Origin: Deltaproteobacteria bacterium
Lineage (GTDB): Bacteria; Desulfobacterota; Binatia; UBA9968; JAJDTQ01
NCBI GenBank assembly: GCA_028818755.1
Contig: JAPPNF010000108.1
Coordinates: 10,259-74,258, forward strand
Direction of reading: 5' to 3'
Length of the DNA: 64,000 nucleotides
A program made the position numbers and the translations under genes. The notes below the pieces were generated by a model. That model was not told the origin of the DNA and did not search any database. It was given only the letters and a program-made list of their open reading frames with translations. The number at the start of each line of letters is the position of its first letter. The stretch's first letter is position 1. Below are positions 46,928-57,014 of the stretch, piece after piece.

Positions 46928-49330
46928 CTACGACTGTCCCTGGTTCAGGCGGATCTCCGTATCGCCCGCGGCAAGCTCGTGCCGCGTGCCCTGCACCACC
47001 ACGCCCAGTGTCGCCGGCGACTCCCCGTCCAGTGAGATGCGCGCGCGCTCGCGCGTCAGGTCCAGTCCCACCCGCCGCCCGCGGTAGAGGATCACAAGGC
47101 GCAGGGCGGGCAGCTCTTCGGGTAGACAAGGGTCAATGCACAGGGTCTCGCCCATGGTGTCGACGCCGGCGTAGCGGGTGAGCAGGAGTTCGTCAAGGCC
47201 GCCCAGGGCGCCCATGTGCAAGCCCTCGGGGGTGGTGCCGCCCTGGATGTCGGCGACGTCGCTTTGCAGCGCCTCGGTGAAATAGCGCCACGAGGTGCCC
47301 GGGTCGGTGCGCGCCTATATCGCGGCGTGCACCACGCGGCTCAGGGTCGAGCCGTGGGACGTCCGGGCGGTGTAGTAGTCCACGGTCTTGCGTATGGTTT
47401 CGTCGTCGAGCTTGTACCCGAGCTGCAGGAACAGGGCGCGGAGCTCGTCGGTTCCCAGCAGGTAGAACAGCATCAGCACGTCCGCCTGTTTCGACACCTT
47501 GTAGCGGTTGGGGGTGTCGCCTTCGGCTTCGAGGATGCGGTCCAGCCGCTCGATGTTGCCGTACTTCTCGCGGTATCCGTCCCAGTCGAACTCCTCCAGC
47601 GCCCCGTATCCTTCGAACTGGCTGATGACGCCTTCGCCGTGAAACGGCACGGTCATCCTGCGGCTCATGTCACGCCATTTCTGCTCTTCCTCCGGCGCTA
47701 GACCGATCTCTTCGGTGAGTTCCGCCCGCCGGCTCTGGCCCAGCAGGTCCAGCACCTCGAAGGCCCGCTCCAGCAGCCACACCACCATCACATTCGTGTA
47801 GGCGTTGTTCCGCAGGCCGCCGGTTTCGGCGTCGGGGTACATGTCGTGGTACTCGTCCGGGCCCATGACGCCGTGGATCTCGTAGCGTCCGGTGGTCTCG
47901 TTCCGCTCCGCGAGACTGGACCAGAAGCGCGCGATCTCCAGGATCATCTCGGCGCCGTAGCGGGACAGGAATTCCCGGTCGCCGGTGGTCTTGTAGTAGC
48001 GCCAGACGTTGTAGACGATGGCGATGTTGACGTGCCGCTGCCGGTGGCTGTTGTCGTCCAGCCAGCGGCCGGAGTTGGGGTTCAGGTGCAGCTTCTGGGT
48101 CTCCTCGGTGCCGTCGCTGCCGCTCTGCCAGGGATACATGGCGCCCTTATAGCCATCCTCCCGGGCGGCCCTGCGCGCGGCATCCAGCCGGTGGTAGCGG
48201 TACAACAGCAGCGACCGGGCGATCTCCGGTATCCGGGCGATGTAGAAGAACAGGAAGTACAGCTCGTCCCAGAAAATGTGGCCGCGGTAGGCCTCGCCGT
48301 GGAGTCCCCGGGCGGCCACCGCGGCGTCCAGGTCCACCGAGTTCGGGGACGCGGTCTGGAGCAGGTGGAAGGCGTGCAGGCGCAGGACCTTCTCCTCTTC
48401 CGGGCATGAAGGGAGCTCCACGTCGCAACGGCGCCACAGGGATTGCCACGCGCTTGCATGGGAATCCAGCAACTCCACGAACCGGCCGGCCGTCGCTGCC
48501 GCGGACCGGGCGGCTTGGCCGCTTTCCGAGATGGCCCGGTCACGGGACGAGTACAGGGCCACCGTCTTCTCCAGCGTCACCACCTGCTTCTTCCCTACCG
48601 GGACGACGAACTCCTGCGTTATCGCTTCCGCTTCCTCTATGGTGCGGGGCGCGACTTCCTCGTATTCCTCCTGCCGGAAGAGCCGGGTGCGTGCCGCCAG
48701 CGCCAGCCGGATGCGCGACTGGTTGGTCTGGACCACGAGGTACATGCCGTCTTCGCCCGTGCGGCCCTTCTCCAGGGTTTCCAGGTGCTTGGAATTGAGC
48801 TGGCGATAGCGCGGGACCCCGGCGTTGATGACCGACCCGTCCAGCGAGGATCGAATGGTGACGTTTCCCGACCAGTCCTCCGCCAGCAGCGTCCAGCGCA
48901 GGACCGCTAGGTGCGGATGCCGCATGTGCACCAGCCGCCGGCTGCGAATGAAGCTGGTGCGACCTTCGGGATCACGGAACCGCAGCCTTCGCGTCAGCAA
49001 ACCGTTCTTGAGGTCCAGCTCCTGCTGGTAGGCCAGCACCTCGACCGCCGACAGCTCGAACCACGGCCCGTCTTCCAGGCGGAACCGCAGTCGGAGCCAG
49101 TTGGGCAGGTTGACCAAGTCCTCGTTGACTACCACGCGGTCGCCGACCGTAGTCTCCAGGCGGTTGTAGCAACCGGCGAGATAGGTGCCGGGGTAGTGCA
49201 CGTCGCCGGCCTCGGCCCCTTCCGCGGCGCCGCGGGTGGCGAAGTAGCCGTTGCCGAGGGTGCAGAGGGCTTCACGCAAGCCTTGCTTGGCCGGGTCGAA
49301 GCCGTCGTAGCGGAAGATCCATTCGCTCAT
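46928..49330 (-). pseudogene. GH65 glycoside (kojibiose/trehalose/maltose-type) phosphorylase interrupted by a single in-frame TAG at 47315-47317
   Basis: ORFs 47315..49330 and 46928..47221 are in the same frame. Reading through gives ...[52 protein letters not shown]..., a continuous GH65 of about 800 codons (LGNGYFATRG, YPWQSGSDGTEETQ motifs). Confidence 0.6.
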
Positions 49331-49336
49331 GGCTAC

Positions 49337-50458
49337 CTACAGCACCCCGGCGCGGATGGTGTGGCGAGCGACGATGCGTTGCCCGTGTGTGCGGCGGTTG
49401 CCGACGCTGTCCTCCAGGGTCGCCTCCTCGTCCACCACCTCCAGCACCGCCACGTCTGCCTCCCTGCCCACTTCGAGGACGCCGAGGCGGTCTTCCCATC
49501 CGATGGCGCGGGCGGCGTTGATGGTGCAGCCGGCGACGATCTCATCGAGGTCCAGTCCCAGCATCAGGAACTTGGTCAGGGTGGTGGGCAGGTCCACCAC
49601 GGGGCCGGAGCCGCTCATCCTGTGCAGGTCGGTGCTGATGATGTCCGGGCGCAGTCCCTGGTCCATGGCCCGGGCCACCAGGTCGAAGTCGAAGTGCCCG
49701 TTGGCGTGGGCGACGTCGAAGACGACCCCGCGTTTCTGCGCCTCCAGAACGGCAGGCCGCAGACGGCCGTCCGGGTCCACGATGGCCGGCTGTTTCGGCG
49801 TGTAGCAGTGGGTGACGATGTCGCCCGGACGCAGCGTCTCGACGATCTCCTCCATGGGTATGCCGGTGTCTCCCACGTGCACCATCACCGGAGAATTGCT
49901 GGCGTCTCCGGCTCCCACCGCCATCCCGAGGGCCTCGCGGCCGTTGTCTCCCACCGACTTGACGTGCAGGCGGATCTTGATGCCCACGGCGACGTCCGGG
50001 TTCTCCCGCACCGTGCGCGCGGCGTTGTCGGGGTCGGCGAAGCCGATGTTCTCGAGCTCTCCGGGCGCGTTGAGGACTCCGTGCTGCGCCACCGCGACAA
50101 AGGCCAGCATGCGCGTGCGGGACCGTTCGTACACCAGGTGCCGGAACCCCGTGAAGTTCACCGGCCCGGCCGAGCCCGCGTCCGCGGTGGTGGTGACGCC
50201 GCTGGCGCCGCACACGGCGTCGAGGTCGGTGCCGTAGGGGTTGACGCCCCAGTAGCTGTGCACGTGGAAGTCGATGAGCCCCGGGGTGACGAAGCAGCCG
50301 CCGACGTCGAGGATCTGCCCGGCGCCGTCCCGCGCGAGACCCTTCTCCATGGCTGCGATGCGGCCGCCGGCGATGCCCACGTCAAGCTCCCGCCGCGGTC
50401 CGGCCCCCGGGTTGATCACGGTTCCGTTTACGAGAAGCAGCTCGAATGCGTCGCTCAC
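49337..50458 (-). CDS. Amidohydrolase/deacetylase (dihydroorotase-like) family metallohydrolase
   Basis: 373 aa, GTG start with AGGGAGA upstream; LLLVNGTVINP...VTPGLIDFHVHSY. Confidence 0.7.
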   Translation of the reverse strand: MSDAFELLLVNGTVINPGAGPRRELDVGIAGGRIAAMEKGLARDGAGQILDVGGCFVTPGLIDFHVHSYWGVNPYGTDLDAVCGASGVTTTADAGSAGPVNFTGFRHLVYERSRTRMLAFVAVAQHGVLNAPGELENIGFADPDNAARTVRENPDVAVGIKIRLHVKSVGDNGREALGMAVGAGDASNSPVMVHVGDTGIPMEEIVETLRPGDIVTHCYTPKQPAIVDPDGRLRPAVLEAQKRGVVFDVAHANGHFDFDLVARAMDQGLRPDIISTDLHRMSGSGPVVDLPTTLTKFLMLGLDLDEIVAGCTINAARAIGWEDRLGVLEVGREADVAVLEVVDEEATLEDSVGNRRTHGQRIVARHTIRAGVL

Positions 50459-50474
50459 GGCTGGTCTCCCTCTA

Positions 50475-50589
50475 GATGGAGTTCTTCGACTTCGCTCCGC
50501 TACGCTCAGGATGAACGGGGTGAGGCTTCCATAACCGTTCGTCCTGAGCGTAGCGGAGCGTAAGCGAAGCGAAGTCGAAGGACTCCATC
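50475..50589. repeat. Long (about 115 bp) palindromic MITE-like intergenic element
   Basis: GATGGAGTTCTTCGACTTCGCTCCGCTACGCTCAGGATGAACGG ... CCGTTCGTCCTGAGCGTAGCGGAGCG..GAAGTCGAAGGACTCCATC; arms are reverse complements, read directly. Confidence 0.8.
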
Positions 50590-50594
50590 TCTCC

Positions 50595-51626
50595 CTATTC
50601 TTCCGACAGCCCGTAGAACCGCGTGGGGTTCTCGTGCAGGATCTTGTCGATGACGTGGGGTGCTACCTCACCCTTTTCCCGCAGGCCCTTGAGCGCCAGC
50701 AGCTCGCTGGCGTTGTCCGCGTGGCCGTAGTCCGACCCGATCATGATCATGTCTTCGCCCGCGTGCTGGAGCACGTAGGGCAGGTCGTCGTCGGTCTGGC
50801 ACGCGACGTAGAGCCGGTTGGCCGCGAGCAGGTCCTCGTCGGGCTTCACGCCGGCCTTGCGTTGCCGCAGCGTGATGTCCCGGACCACGTGTGGCACCCA
50901 CTGGGCCGCCACCTCGATGGCGCCGATGCGCAGGCCGGGGAACCGCTCCGGAATGCCGCGCATGACCATCGCGTGGACCGCGCCGATGACCGTGAGTTTG
51001 GCGGTGCGGAACGGGTCGTTGCCGAAGGCCTCCGAGACGGCGGCGTTACCGATGCCCGAGTGGATGCCGATGGGCACGTCGAGACGGGCGGCTTCCTCGT
51101 AGAGCGGGAAGAAGTAGGGGTGGTGGAGAGGGTGATGGGTCTCCAGGCCCCGCATGAAAACCGCACAGGCGCCGCGCTCCGTGGCCCAACGCAGTTCGTC
51201 CAGGGCCTCTTCCATGCTCAAGAGCGGTAGCTGCACGGCCCAGCGGAGCCGCCCCTTGCCCGCCGCCCAGATGTCCGCCAGCCAGCGGTTGTAGGAACGG
51301 CAGAGCGCGAGTTCCACGTCCGAGCGGTCGGTTACGGGGCGCAGGAAGAGGGTCGGATAGAGCACCTGCACGTCGGTGCCGATCTCGTCCATGTGCTTCA
51401 GGCGCGCGTCGATGTCGGCCATGTCCCGGGACTCCTTGGGGGTGTCCAGGCCGATGTTGTCACGGCCGCCGATGAGCTTCCCGTTGATGACCCAGAAGTT
51501 GCGCGTGCCGCCCTCGGGCATGTCCAGCGTAACGGGCACCGGACGGAAGCGCTTGTCCCGGCCCTCCAGGTAGTCCCAGGTGTGCTCCGTCTCGATGACG
51601 TGGGCGTCGGCGTCGATGGCCAGCAT
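50595..51626 (-). CDS. Amidohydrolase_2 (PF04909-like, ACMSD/LigW/LigI superfamily) protein
   Basis: 343 aa; MLAIDADAHVIETEHTWDYLEG ... paralogous to 51763..52797. Confidence 0.75.
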   Translation of the reverse strand: MLAIDADAHVIETEHTWDYLEGRDKRFRPVPVTLDMPEGGTRNFWVINGKLIGGRDNIGLDTPKESRDMADIDARLKHMDEIGTDVQVLYPTLFLRPVTDRSDVELALCRSYNRWLADIWAAGKGRLRWAVQLPLLSMEEALDELRWATERGACAVFMRGLETHHPLHHPYFFPLYEEAARLDVPIGIHSGIGNAAVSEAFGNDPFRTAKLTVIGAVHAMVMRGIPERFPGLRIGAIEVAAQWVPHVVRDITLRQRKAGVKPDEDLLAANRLYVACQTDDDLPYVLQHAGEDMIMIGSDYGHADNASELLALKGLREKGEVAPHVIDKILHENPTRFYGLSEE

Positions 51627-51638
51627 GTTCTCCTCCGA

Positions 51639-51762
51639 ATGGCGTCCTTCGACTTCGCTTCGCTATGCTCAGGACGAACGGTTGTGGAGCCCTACCCCGT
51701 TCATCCTGAGCCCTTCGGCAAGCTCAGGACAGGCGTAGCGAAGCGAAGTCGAAGGACGCCAT
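51639..51762. repeat. Long (about 124 bp) palindromic MITE-like intergenic element, same family as 50475
   Basis: ATGGCGTCCTTCGACTTCGCTTCGCTATGCTCAGGACGAACGG ... GCGTAGCGAAGCGAAGTCGAAGGACGCCAT; fills the spacer between two paralogous genes. Confidence 0.8.
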
Positions 51763-52797
51763 CTAGTCTTCCGCCAGTCCGTAGAAGCGCGCCGGGTTGT
51801 GGGCGAGGATCTTGTCGATCACCTCGGCGGCGATCTCGCCCTTGTCGCGGATCCCGCGGAGCGCCAGCAACTCGCTGGCGTTGTCGGCGTGGCCGTAGTC
51901 CGAGCCCACCATGAGGTTGTCTTCCGTGCCGTAGCCGAGCACGTAGGGCAGGTCGTCGTCGGTCTGGCATGCCACGAACAGCCGCTGGGTCCTGAGCAGG
52001 TCGTCATCCAGGCGCCGGCCCGCCTTCTTGAAGCGCAGGCGCAGGTCGTGCAGCACGTAGGGAAGCCACTGGGCGGTGACCTCGATGGCGCCGATGCGCA
52101 GTTGCGGAAACCGCTGCGGGATCCCGTGCAGCACCAGCGCGTGGAACGCCCCCACCACCGTCAGCTTGGAGGTGGTAAAGGTGTTGTCCGTGCCGAACGT
52201 GTCCAACACCGCGAAGCTGCCCTGGCCGGCGTGGATGCCGATGGCAAGGTCCAGCCGCTGGGCTTCCTCGTAGATCGGGAAGAAATAGGGGTTGTGGAGC
52301 GGCTGATGGGTCTCCACGCCGCGCAGCGACACCGCGCAGGCGCCGTTCTCCCTTGCCCAGATCATCTCTTCCAGCGACGCCTCCATGCTCAGCACCGGGA
52401 GTTGCACCGCCCAGCGCAGTCGCTCCGGCGCCTTTCTCCAGATGTCGGCGAGCCAGCGGTTGTAAGCGCGGCACAGGGCCAGCTCCACGTCCGGCCGCTC
52501 GGTGAAGGGCCGCAGGAGCACTGTGGGATAGAGCACCTGGACGCCGGTGCCGATCTCGTCCATGTGGCGAAGCCGCCGGTCGATGTCGGTCATCTCCCGC
52601 GCTTCCGGCGGCGTGTCCGCGCCGACGTTGTCGCGGCCGCCGATAAGCCGCCCGTCGATGATCCAGAAGTTCCCGCGGTTGCCCGAGGGCATGTCCGCGG
52701 ACACCGGAACGGGCCGGAAACGCCGGTCCGCGCCCTCCAGGTAGTCCCACGTGGCCTCGTTCTCGATCACGTGGGCATCGGCGTCGATCGTAAGCAT
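51763..52797 (-). CDS. Amidohydrolase_2 family protein
   Basis: Start trimmed to ATG 52797; MLTIDADAHVIENEATWDYLEG... Confidence 0.75.
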   Translation of the reverse strand: MLTIDADAHVIENEATWDYLEGADRRFRPVPVSADMPSGNRGNFWIIDGRLIGGRDNVGADTPPEAREMTDIDRRLRHMDEIGTGVQVLYPTVLLRPFTERPDVELALCRAYNRWLADIWRKAPERLRWAVQLPVLSMEASLEEMIWARENGACAVSLRGVETHQPLHNPYFFPIYEEAQRLDLAIGIHAGQGSFAVLDTFGTDNTFTTSKLTVVGAFHALVLHGIPQRFPQLRIGAIEVTAQWLPYVLHDLRLRFKKAGRRLDDDLLRTQRLFVACQTDDDLPYVLGYGTEDNLMVGSDYGHADNASELLALRGIRDKGEIAAEVIDKILAHNPARFYGLAED

Positions 52798-52808
52798 GGC
52801 GTTCTCCG

Positions 52809-53936
52809 TCACGCCCCCAACTGTTTCGCGAACCAGTCGACGATGAAGCTCCGCCGGTCGAAACGCTTCTCGCCGTGGCCGACGCCGTCCAGCAGTTCCC
52901 GCGGCGCGTTGACGGCGTTTTCGTACAGCCGGACGGCGCCGCGCGGGTCCATGACCCGGTCGTCGTGGTTGTAGCCCACCAGCAACGGGCACTCGATCTT
53001 TTGCGCCCGCCCCACCAGGGTGAACTCCTTGATGCGCTCCCGGGCGTCGGCCAGGTCCTCGGCGCCCATGAGCCAGCGCAGCCGCTCCTGGATGGGCGGG
53101 TAGAAGTCGAAGATGTCGTCAACCAGGTTGTAGGCCCCGCTCCACACCGCCACGGCCTTGATGCGCTTCTCCTCGGTGGCGCAACGGGGTCCCGAATATC
53201 CGCCCATGCTGGAGCCGTGGAGGGCGATGCGGTCCGGGTCCACGTCCGGGCGCGTCACCAGGTAGTCGATGACCGCCTTGGCCACCCGTTCCGAGTCGGG
53301 CGGCGCGTAGAGCTTCTTCTCCCGCAGCGTGGCGCCGTGGCCGGGGCCGTCCACGTCGATGAAGCTCATGCCCCGGCGCACGTACTGGGCGGCGTCGCCC
53401 TCGAGCCCGCGCAGCAGGATGCCGTCGGCGCCGCCGTAGTTGTACACCACGGGGAAGCGCGTTTCGGCCTTGCCCCGGGCCGGATAGAACAGCGCGTCCA
53501 GCAGGTGCCCCTCGTAGGGGATCTCGACGCGTTCGAAGGGCGGCGGCACCAGACCCCAGGCCTTGTCGAAGGTCTCCTTGAGCTTGTAGTGGCTCTGCAT
53601 CATGCGCGGGTCGGCTTCCGGCATGTACACGAGCGCGCGCCGGTGGAACTCCGCCGCCCGCCGGTAGAAGTCGTGGGCGGTGACGTTGCGCCCCTCGTCG
53701 TCGAACCCCGCGGCCAGGGCCTCGTTCTTCTCGGCCATGCGGGTCCACTCCGTGTGCCAACTGTCGATGTTGTAGGGCTTGCAGCGGCGCGCCACCTCCC
53801 GGACATCGGGGTCCGGGTGCAGCGGCGACACCTCCACGCGCACGTCGAGCTGCCCGCCGCCGGGCAGGCCGGGTCCCGGAAAGAGGCGCTTCTCCAACTC
53901 GTCGCCAGCCAGCGGCTTGTCCGGGGATTCCTTCAT
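52809..53936 (-). CDS. Alpha/beta hydrolase (dienelactone/DHPON-hydrolase-like)
   Basis: 375 aa; nucleophile elbow HGSSMGG; AAGGAG upstream of the ATG. Confidence 0.65.
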   Translation of the reverse strand: MKESPDKPLAGDELEKRLFPGPGLPGGGQLDVRVEVSPLHPDPDVREVARRCKPYNIDSWHTEWTRMAEKNEALAAGFDDEGRNVTAHDFYRRAAEFHRRALVYMPEADPRMMQSHYKLKETFDKAWGLVPPPFERVEIPYEGHLLDALFYPARGKAETRFPVVYNYGGADGILLRGLEGDAAQYVRRGMSFIDVDGPGHGATLREKKLYAPPDSERVAKAVIDYLVTRPDVDPDRIALHGSSMGGYSGPRCATEEKRIKAVAVWSGAYNLVDDIFDFYPPIQERLRWLMGAEDLADARERIKEFTLVGRAQKIECPLLVGYNHDDRVMDPRGAVRLYENAVNAPRELLDGVGHGEKRFDRRSFIVDWFAKQLGA

Positions 53937-53970
53937 CCGATCTCCTTTGCGCCGGCTTTCCGTGAAGTGG

Positions 53971-55062
53971 TCAGATGCCGTAGAAGGCGCTGGGGTTGTC
54001 CTGGGTGATCTTCTTCACGGCGTCGTGGGAGATGTCTCCGTTGTCGGCCCGCTGCTTGAGGAGGCCCAGGAAATCCATCTCCTGGGCGGAGTCGTTGTGG
54101 GTGTAGTCCGAGCCCACCAGGAGGTTGTCGTCGCCGGTGTGCTGGAGGACGTAGTCCAGGTCCTCGTCCACCTGAAACGACACGTACATGCGGTTCCGCC
54201 GCAGGATGTCCTCCGGCATCTCCTCGATCTCCATGGTGGAGCGCAGCACGCTGGTGGGTCTCTCGAGGTTCTTCTCGATCCGGCGGCGGATCTCGTAGAG
54301 CACGAACGGCACCCAGGAGGCGGTGGCCTCGATGAAGCCGAAGCGCAGCTCGGGGAACCGGTCGGGCACGCCGTGCACGATCAGGGACTGGAACGCGTGC
54401 ACCACCGGCAGCAGGATGCGGTAGAAGCGGCTGAAGGTGAACTCCCGCGCGGGCGTGAAGTCGGGTACGCCCGAGCCGGTGTGGAAGCAGATGGGCATGC
54501 CGAGCTTCTGGGCTTCCTCGTAGAGCGGGAAGAAGTAGGGGTCGTTGGCCCACACGCCGGCTTCCCGGTCGCCCTTCTTGAGCACGCCGCAGGCGCCGTG
54601 CTCCTTGGCGAAGCGCATCTCCTCCAGGGCCGCGTCGATGTTCTGGGTAGGCGGCAGCATGACGTAGCGCAGCCGCCCCTCGGACTGGGCCCAGCGCTCG
54701 GCCATCCAGCGGTTGTAGCTGCGCCTGAGCGCCAGCTCGACCTCCGGTTTGTCGGTGAACTCCACCAGGAACAGAGTCGGGTACATCACCTGGAAGTCCA
54801 CGCCCATGCGGTCCATGTCCTCCAGGCGCTGCTTCACGTCCTTGAGCTCGCGCGCCCCTTCGGTGGTGTGGGTCTCTTCGTCCCGGCGCACGAAGCGGAT
54901 CTGCCGCCTGCCGTCGATCATCCAGTAGCGCATCGTGGCGTTGCTGGCGTCCTGGTCTCTGGGATAGGCGGTGGTGGGCCGCAACCCCTCGTCGCCGTCG
55001 CGCAGGAAGGCCCAGGTATCCTCGGTCTCGTCCACGTGGGTATCGGCATCGATGACTGCCAT
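53971..55062 (-). CDS. Amidohydrolase_2 family protein
   Basis: 363 aa; MAVIDADTHVDETEDTWAFL...; GGAGGA upstream. Confidence 0.75.
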   Translation of the reverse strand: MAVIDADTHVDETEDTWAFLRDGDEGLRPTTAYPRDQDASNATMRYWMIDGRRQIRFVRRDEETHTTEGARELKDVKQRLEDMDRMGVDFQVMYPTLFLVEFTDKPEVELALRRSYNRWMAERWAQSEGRLRYVMLPPTQNIDAALEEMRFAKEHGACGVLKKGDREAGVWANDPYFFPLYEEAQKLGMPICFHTGSGVPDFTPAREFTFSRFYRILLPVVHAFQSLIVHGVPDRFPELRFGFIEATASWVPFVLYEIRRRIEKNLERPTSVLRSTMEIEEMPEDILRRNRMYVSFQVDEDLDYVLQHTGDDNLLVGSDYTHNDSAQEMDFLGLLKQRADNGDISHDAVKKITQDNPSAFYGI

Positions 55063-55191
55063 GGCGTCCTCCGGATTGAGGGATAATAGCTGTGGATTAG
55101 CAAAACCGGGCTGGCTTGCCTAGCACGCAAGGGTAGGGGAGAGGGCCGCCCCGGCCGGGCAGGGAAATCAGGGCCGACCGGCCGGTTGCTC

Positions 55192-55623
55192 CTATGAGCA
55201 GGGCTTGAACTTGGGCAGGCTGATGTCGTCGCTGACGGGATCGAACACCACCTCCACCTTCATGCCGATCTCCACGTCGTCCACCGGGCACTCGACGATG
55301 TTGGTGTAGAAACGCGGACCTTCCTCCAGGTCCACCCAGGCGATGACGTAGGGGATGTCCTTCTCGAAGGCGCGGGCGCCGCGGCCCGCCAACTGGCGGA
55401 TGACGGTGAAGGTGTATACGGTGCCGCGTCCGCTGAGCTGCTCCCATTCAAGGTCTTCGCTGCCGCACTCCACGCACGACGGGCGCGGGCACCAGGTCAG
55501 CGCGCCGCAGGCGCGGCAGCGCTGCATCACGAGTCGCCCCTCTTTCGTGGCCTGCCAGAAAGGCGCGGTCAGCTCGGTGATCTCCGGGAGGGGGCGTTGT
55601 GGTTCGGTTCGTGCTTCAGCCAT
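55192..55623 (-). CDS. Zn-ribbon/OB-fold DUF35 protein
   Basis: 143 aa; FWQATKEGRLVMQRCRACGALTWCPRPSCVECGS...GTVYTFTV. Confidence 0.8.
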   Translation of the reverse strand: MAEARTEPQRPLPEITELTAPFWQATKEGRLVMQRCRACGALTWCPRPSCVECGSEDLEWEQLSGRGTVYTFTVIRQLAGRGARAFEKDIPYVIAWVDLEEGPRFYTNIVECPVDDVEIGMKVEVVFDPVSDDISLPKFKPCS

Positions 55624-55627
55624 GGGG

Positions 55628-56821
55628 TCATCCGTTGTCGTTGCTGAGAATCGCCACGGCGGTGGAGCCGAGGTTCTTGCCGTAGGGGAGGCCGCCGAGG
55701 CCGGTGCAGAGCCCGGTGCGCGCGCCCGCCACCTGCCGCTCGCCGCCGTCGCCGCGCAGTTGCGTGACCGACTCCAGGATGTGGATCATGCCGCCGCAGG
55801 TGGACGGCTGCCCGCAGTTGATCATGCCGCCGCCGGTCTGGATGGGAAGGGTCCCCTTGAAAGAGAAGTCGGTGGACTCGAAGTACTTCGTGTCGCCCTT
55901 CTCGCAGAACCCCAGGTCCTCGATCTGCATCAGCTCGATGACCACGTAGTCGTCGTAGACCTGGGCGAAGTCCATGTCGTAGGCGGTGACGCCGGCCATG
56001 GCGAAGGCGCGAGCGCCGGCGTCCCTGATCCCCATGATCGTCGCGTCGGAGTGGGTGCGGGGGCCGTAGCTGGGGTTGTCCTGCTCGCCGAAGCCCATGA
56101 GGTAGACCGGCTTCCGCGGCATGTCGGCGGCCCTTTCCGCGGAGGTGAGGATGAACGCCTTGCCGCCGTTGGCGGGCATGACGCAGTCCAGCAGGCGCAC
56201 CGGGTCGGCCACCAGCCGCGAGGTCTTGTAGTCCTCCAGCGTCATGGGCTTCTTGAGATAGGCGTTGGGGTTGAGCGACGCGTGGTAGCGGGCGGTGACC
56301 GCGATATTCCCCAAAGCGTCCAGGGTGGTGCCGTACTCGTGCATGTGCCGGCGCATCACCAGGGCGATGCCGCTGTTGGCGCCCATCAGGCCGTAAGGCA
56401 CCTCGAAATCCCGTACTTCGCGCGGCTCCACCCCGTTGTGATTCTCCACGAACGTGCATGAGGCGGCCACGCACAGGACCCGCTCTACCAAGCCGGCCTG
56501 GATGGCCGCGGCCGCCTGCCCCAGCGTCGACACCGTGGCGGCGCCGCCGTTGGCGTTGGCCAGGGACAGGGCCGGCGCGATGCCGAGGATGGACGCGGTT
56601 TCCTCCGGCCAGAAGGGTTGCAGGTAGGTGGTGGTGTAGATGGCCGCGAGCCCCTGCCCGTCGAAGTCCTTGCGCGTGAGTCCGGCGTCTTCCATGGCCA
56701 GCCGCGCCGCCCAGGTCAGGTACTCCGGGATGGTCCGGCGCCGCTCGCCCGGGCGCCGGCCCAGACGGTCCACCGGGGTCTCGCCGATGCCGACGATTGC
56801 CGTGTTGCCGCGTATGCTCAT
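55628..56821 (-). CDS. Thiolase-like (SCP-x/nonspecific lipid-transfer type) protein
   Basis: Start trimmed to ATG 56821; [10 protein letters not shown]...; adjacent to DUF35 partner (4-nt spacer). Confidence 0.75.
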   Translation of the reverse strand: MSIRGNTAIVGIGETPVDRLGRRPGERRRTIPEYLTWAARLAMEDAGLTRKDFDGQGLAAIYTTTYLQPFWPEETASILGIAPALSLANANGGAATVSTLGQAAAAIQAGLVERVLCVAASCTFVENHNGVEPREVRDFEVPYGLMGANSGIALVMRRHMHEYGTTLDALGNIAVTARYHASLNPNAYLKKPMTLEDYKTSRLVADPVRLLDCVMPANGGKAFILTSAERAADMPRKPVYLMGFGEQDNPSYGPRTHSDATIMGIRDAGARAFAMAGVTAYDMDFAQVYDDYVVIELMQIEDLGFCEKGDTKYFESTDFSFKGTLPIQTGGGMINCGQPSTCGGMIHILESVTQLRGDGGERQVAGARTGLCTGLGGLPYGKNLGSTAVAILSNDNG

Positions 56822-56886
56822 ACGAGAAAGTGCTCCTCCGCGCCGGGCGCGTCCTCCAACCACAAGTGGCTTTGCGTTGTCGTCAG

Positions 56887-56918
56887 GGGTTTGGGTATAT
56901 CAAGGGTTTGGGTATAAT
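56887..56918 (+). promoter_or_regulatory. Direct repeat GGGTTTGGGTATA x2 (17-bp period) overlapping a TTGGGT-N16-TATAAT promoter-like site
   Basis: Read directly; perfect TATAAT at 56913-56918, 96 nt upstream of the fumarase ATG; within the divergent spacer 56822-57014. Confidence 0.35.
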
Positions 56919-57014
56919 TTCCACCACGTGGACGCGCCGTTGACGAGACGAACACGGTCCGCATCACACTTCCTAGTTGCGCGTCCGGCCAAACAGTCAA
57001 GGAGAGACCGGTTC

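Noticed and set aside
47315-47317. Pyrrolysine or reassigned-TAG interpretation of the amber codon in the GH65 gene
   Set aside because: TAG terminates several neighbouring genes normally. No pyl genes or methylamine methyltransferase context are present, and the affected position is not conserved or catalytic. A nonsense mutation or sequencing error is more parsimonious.
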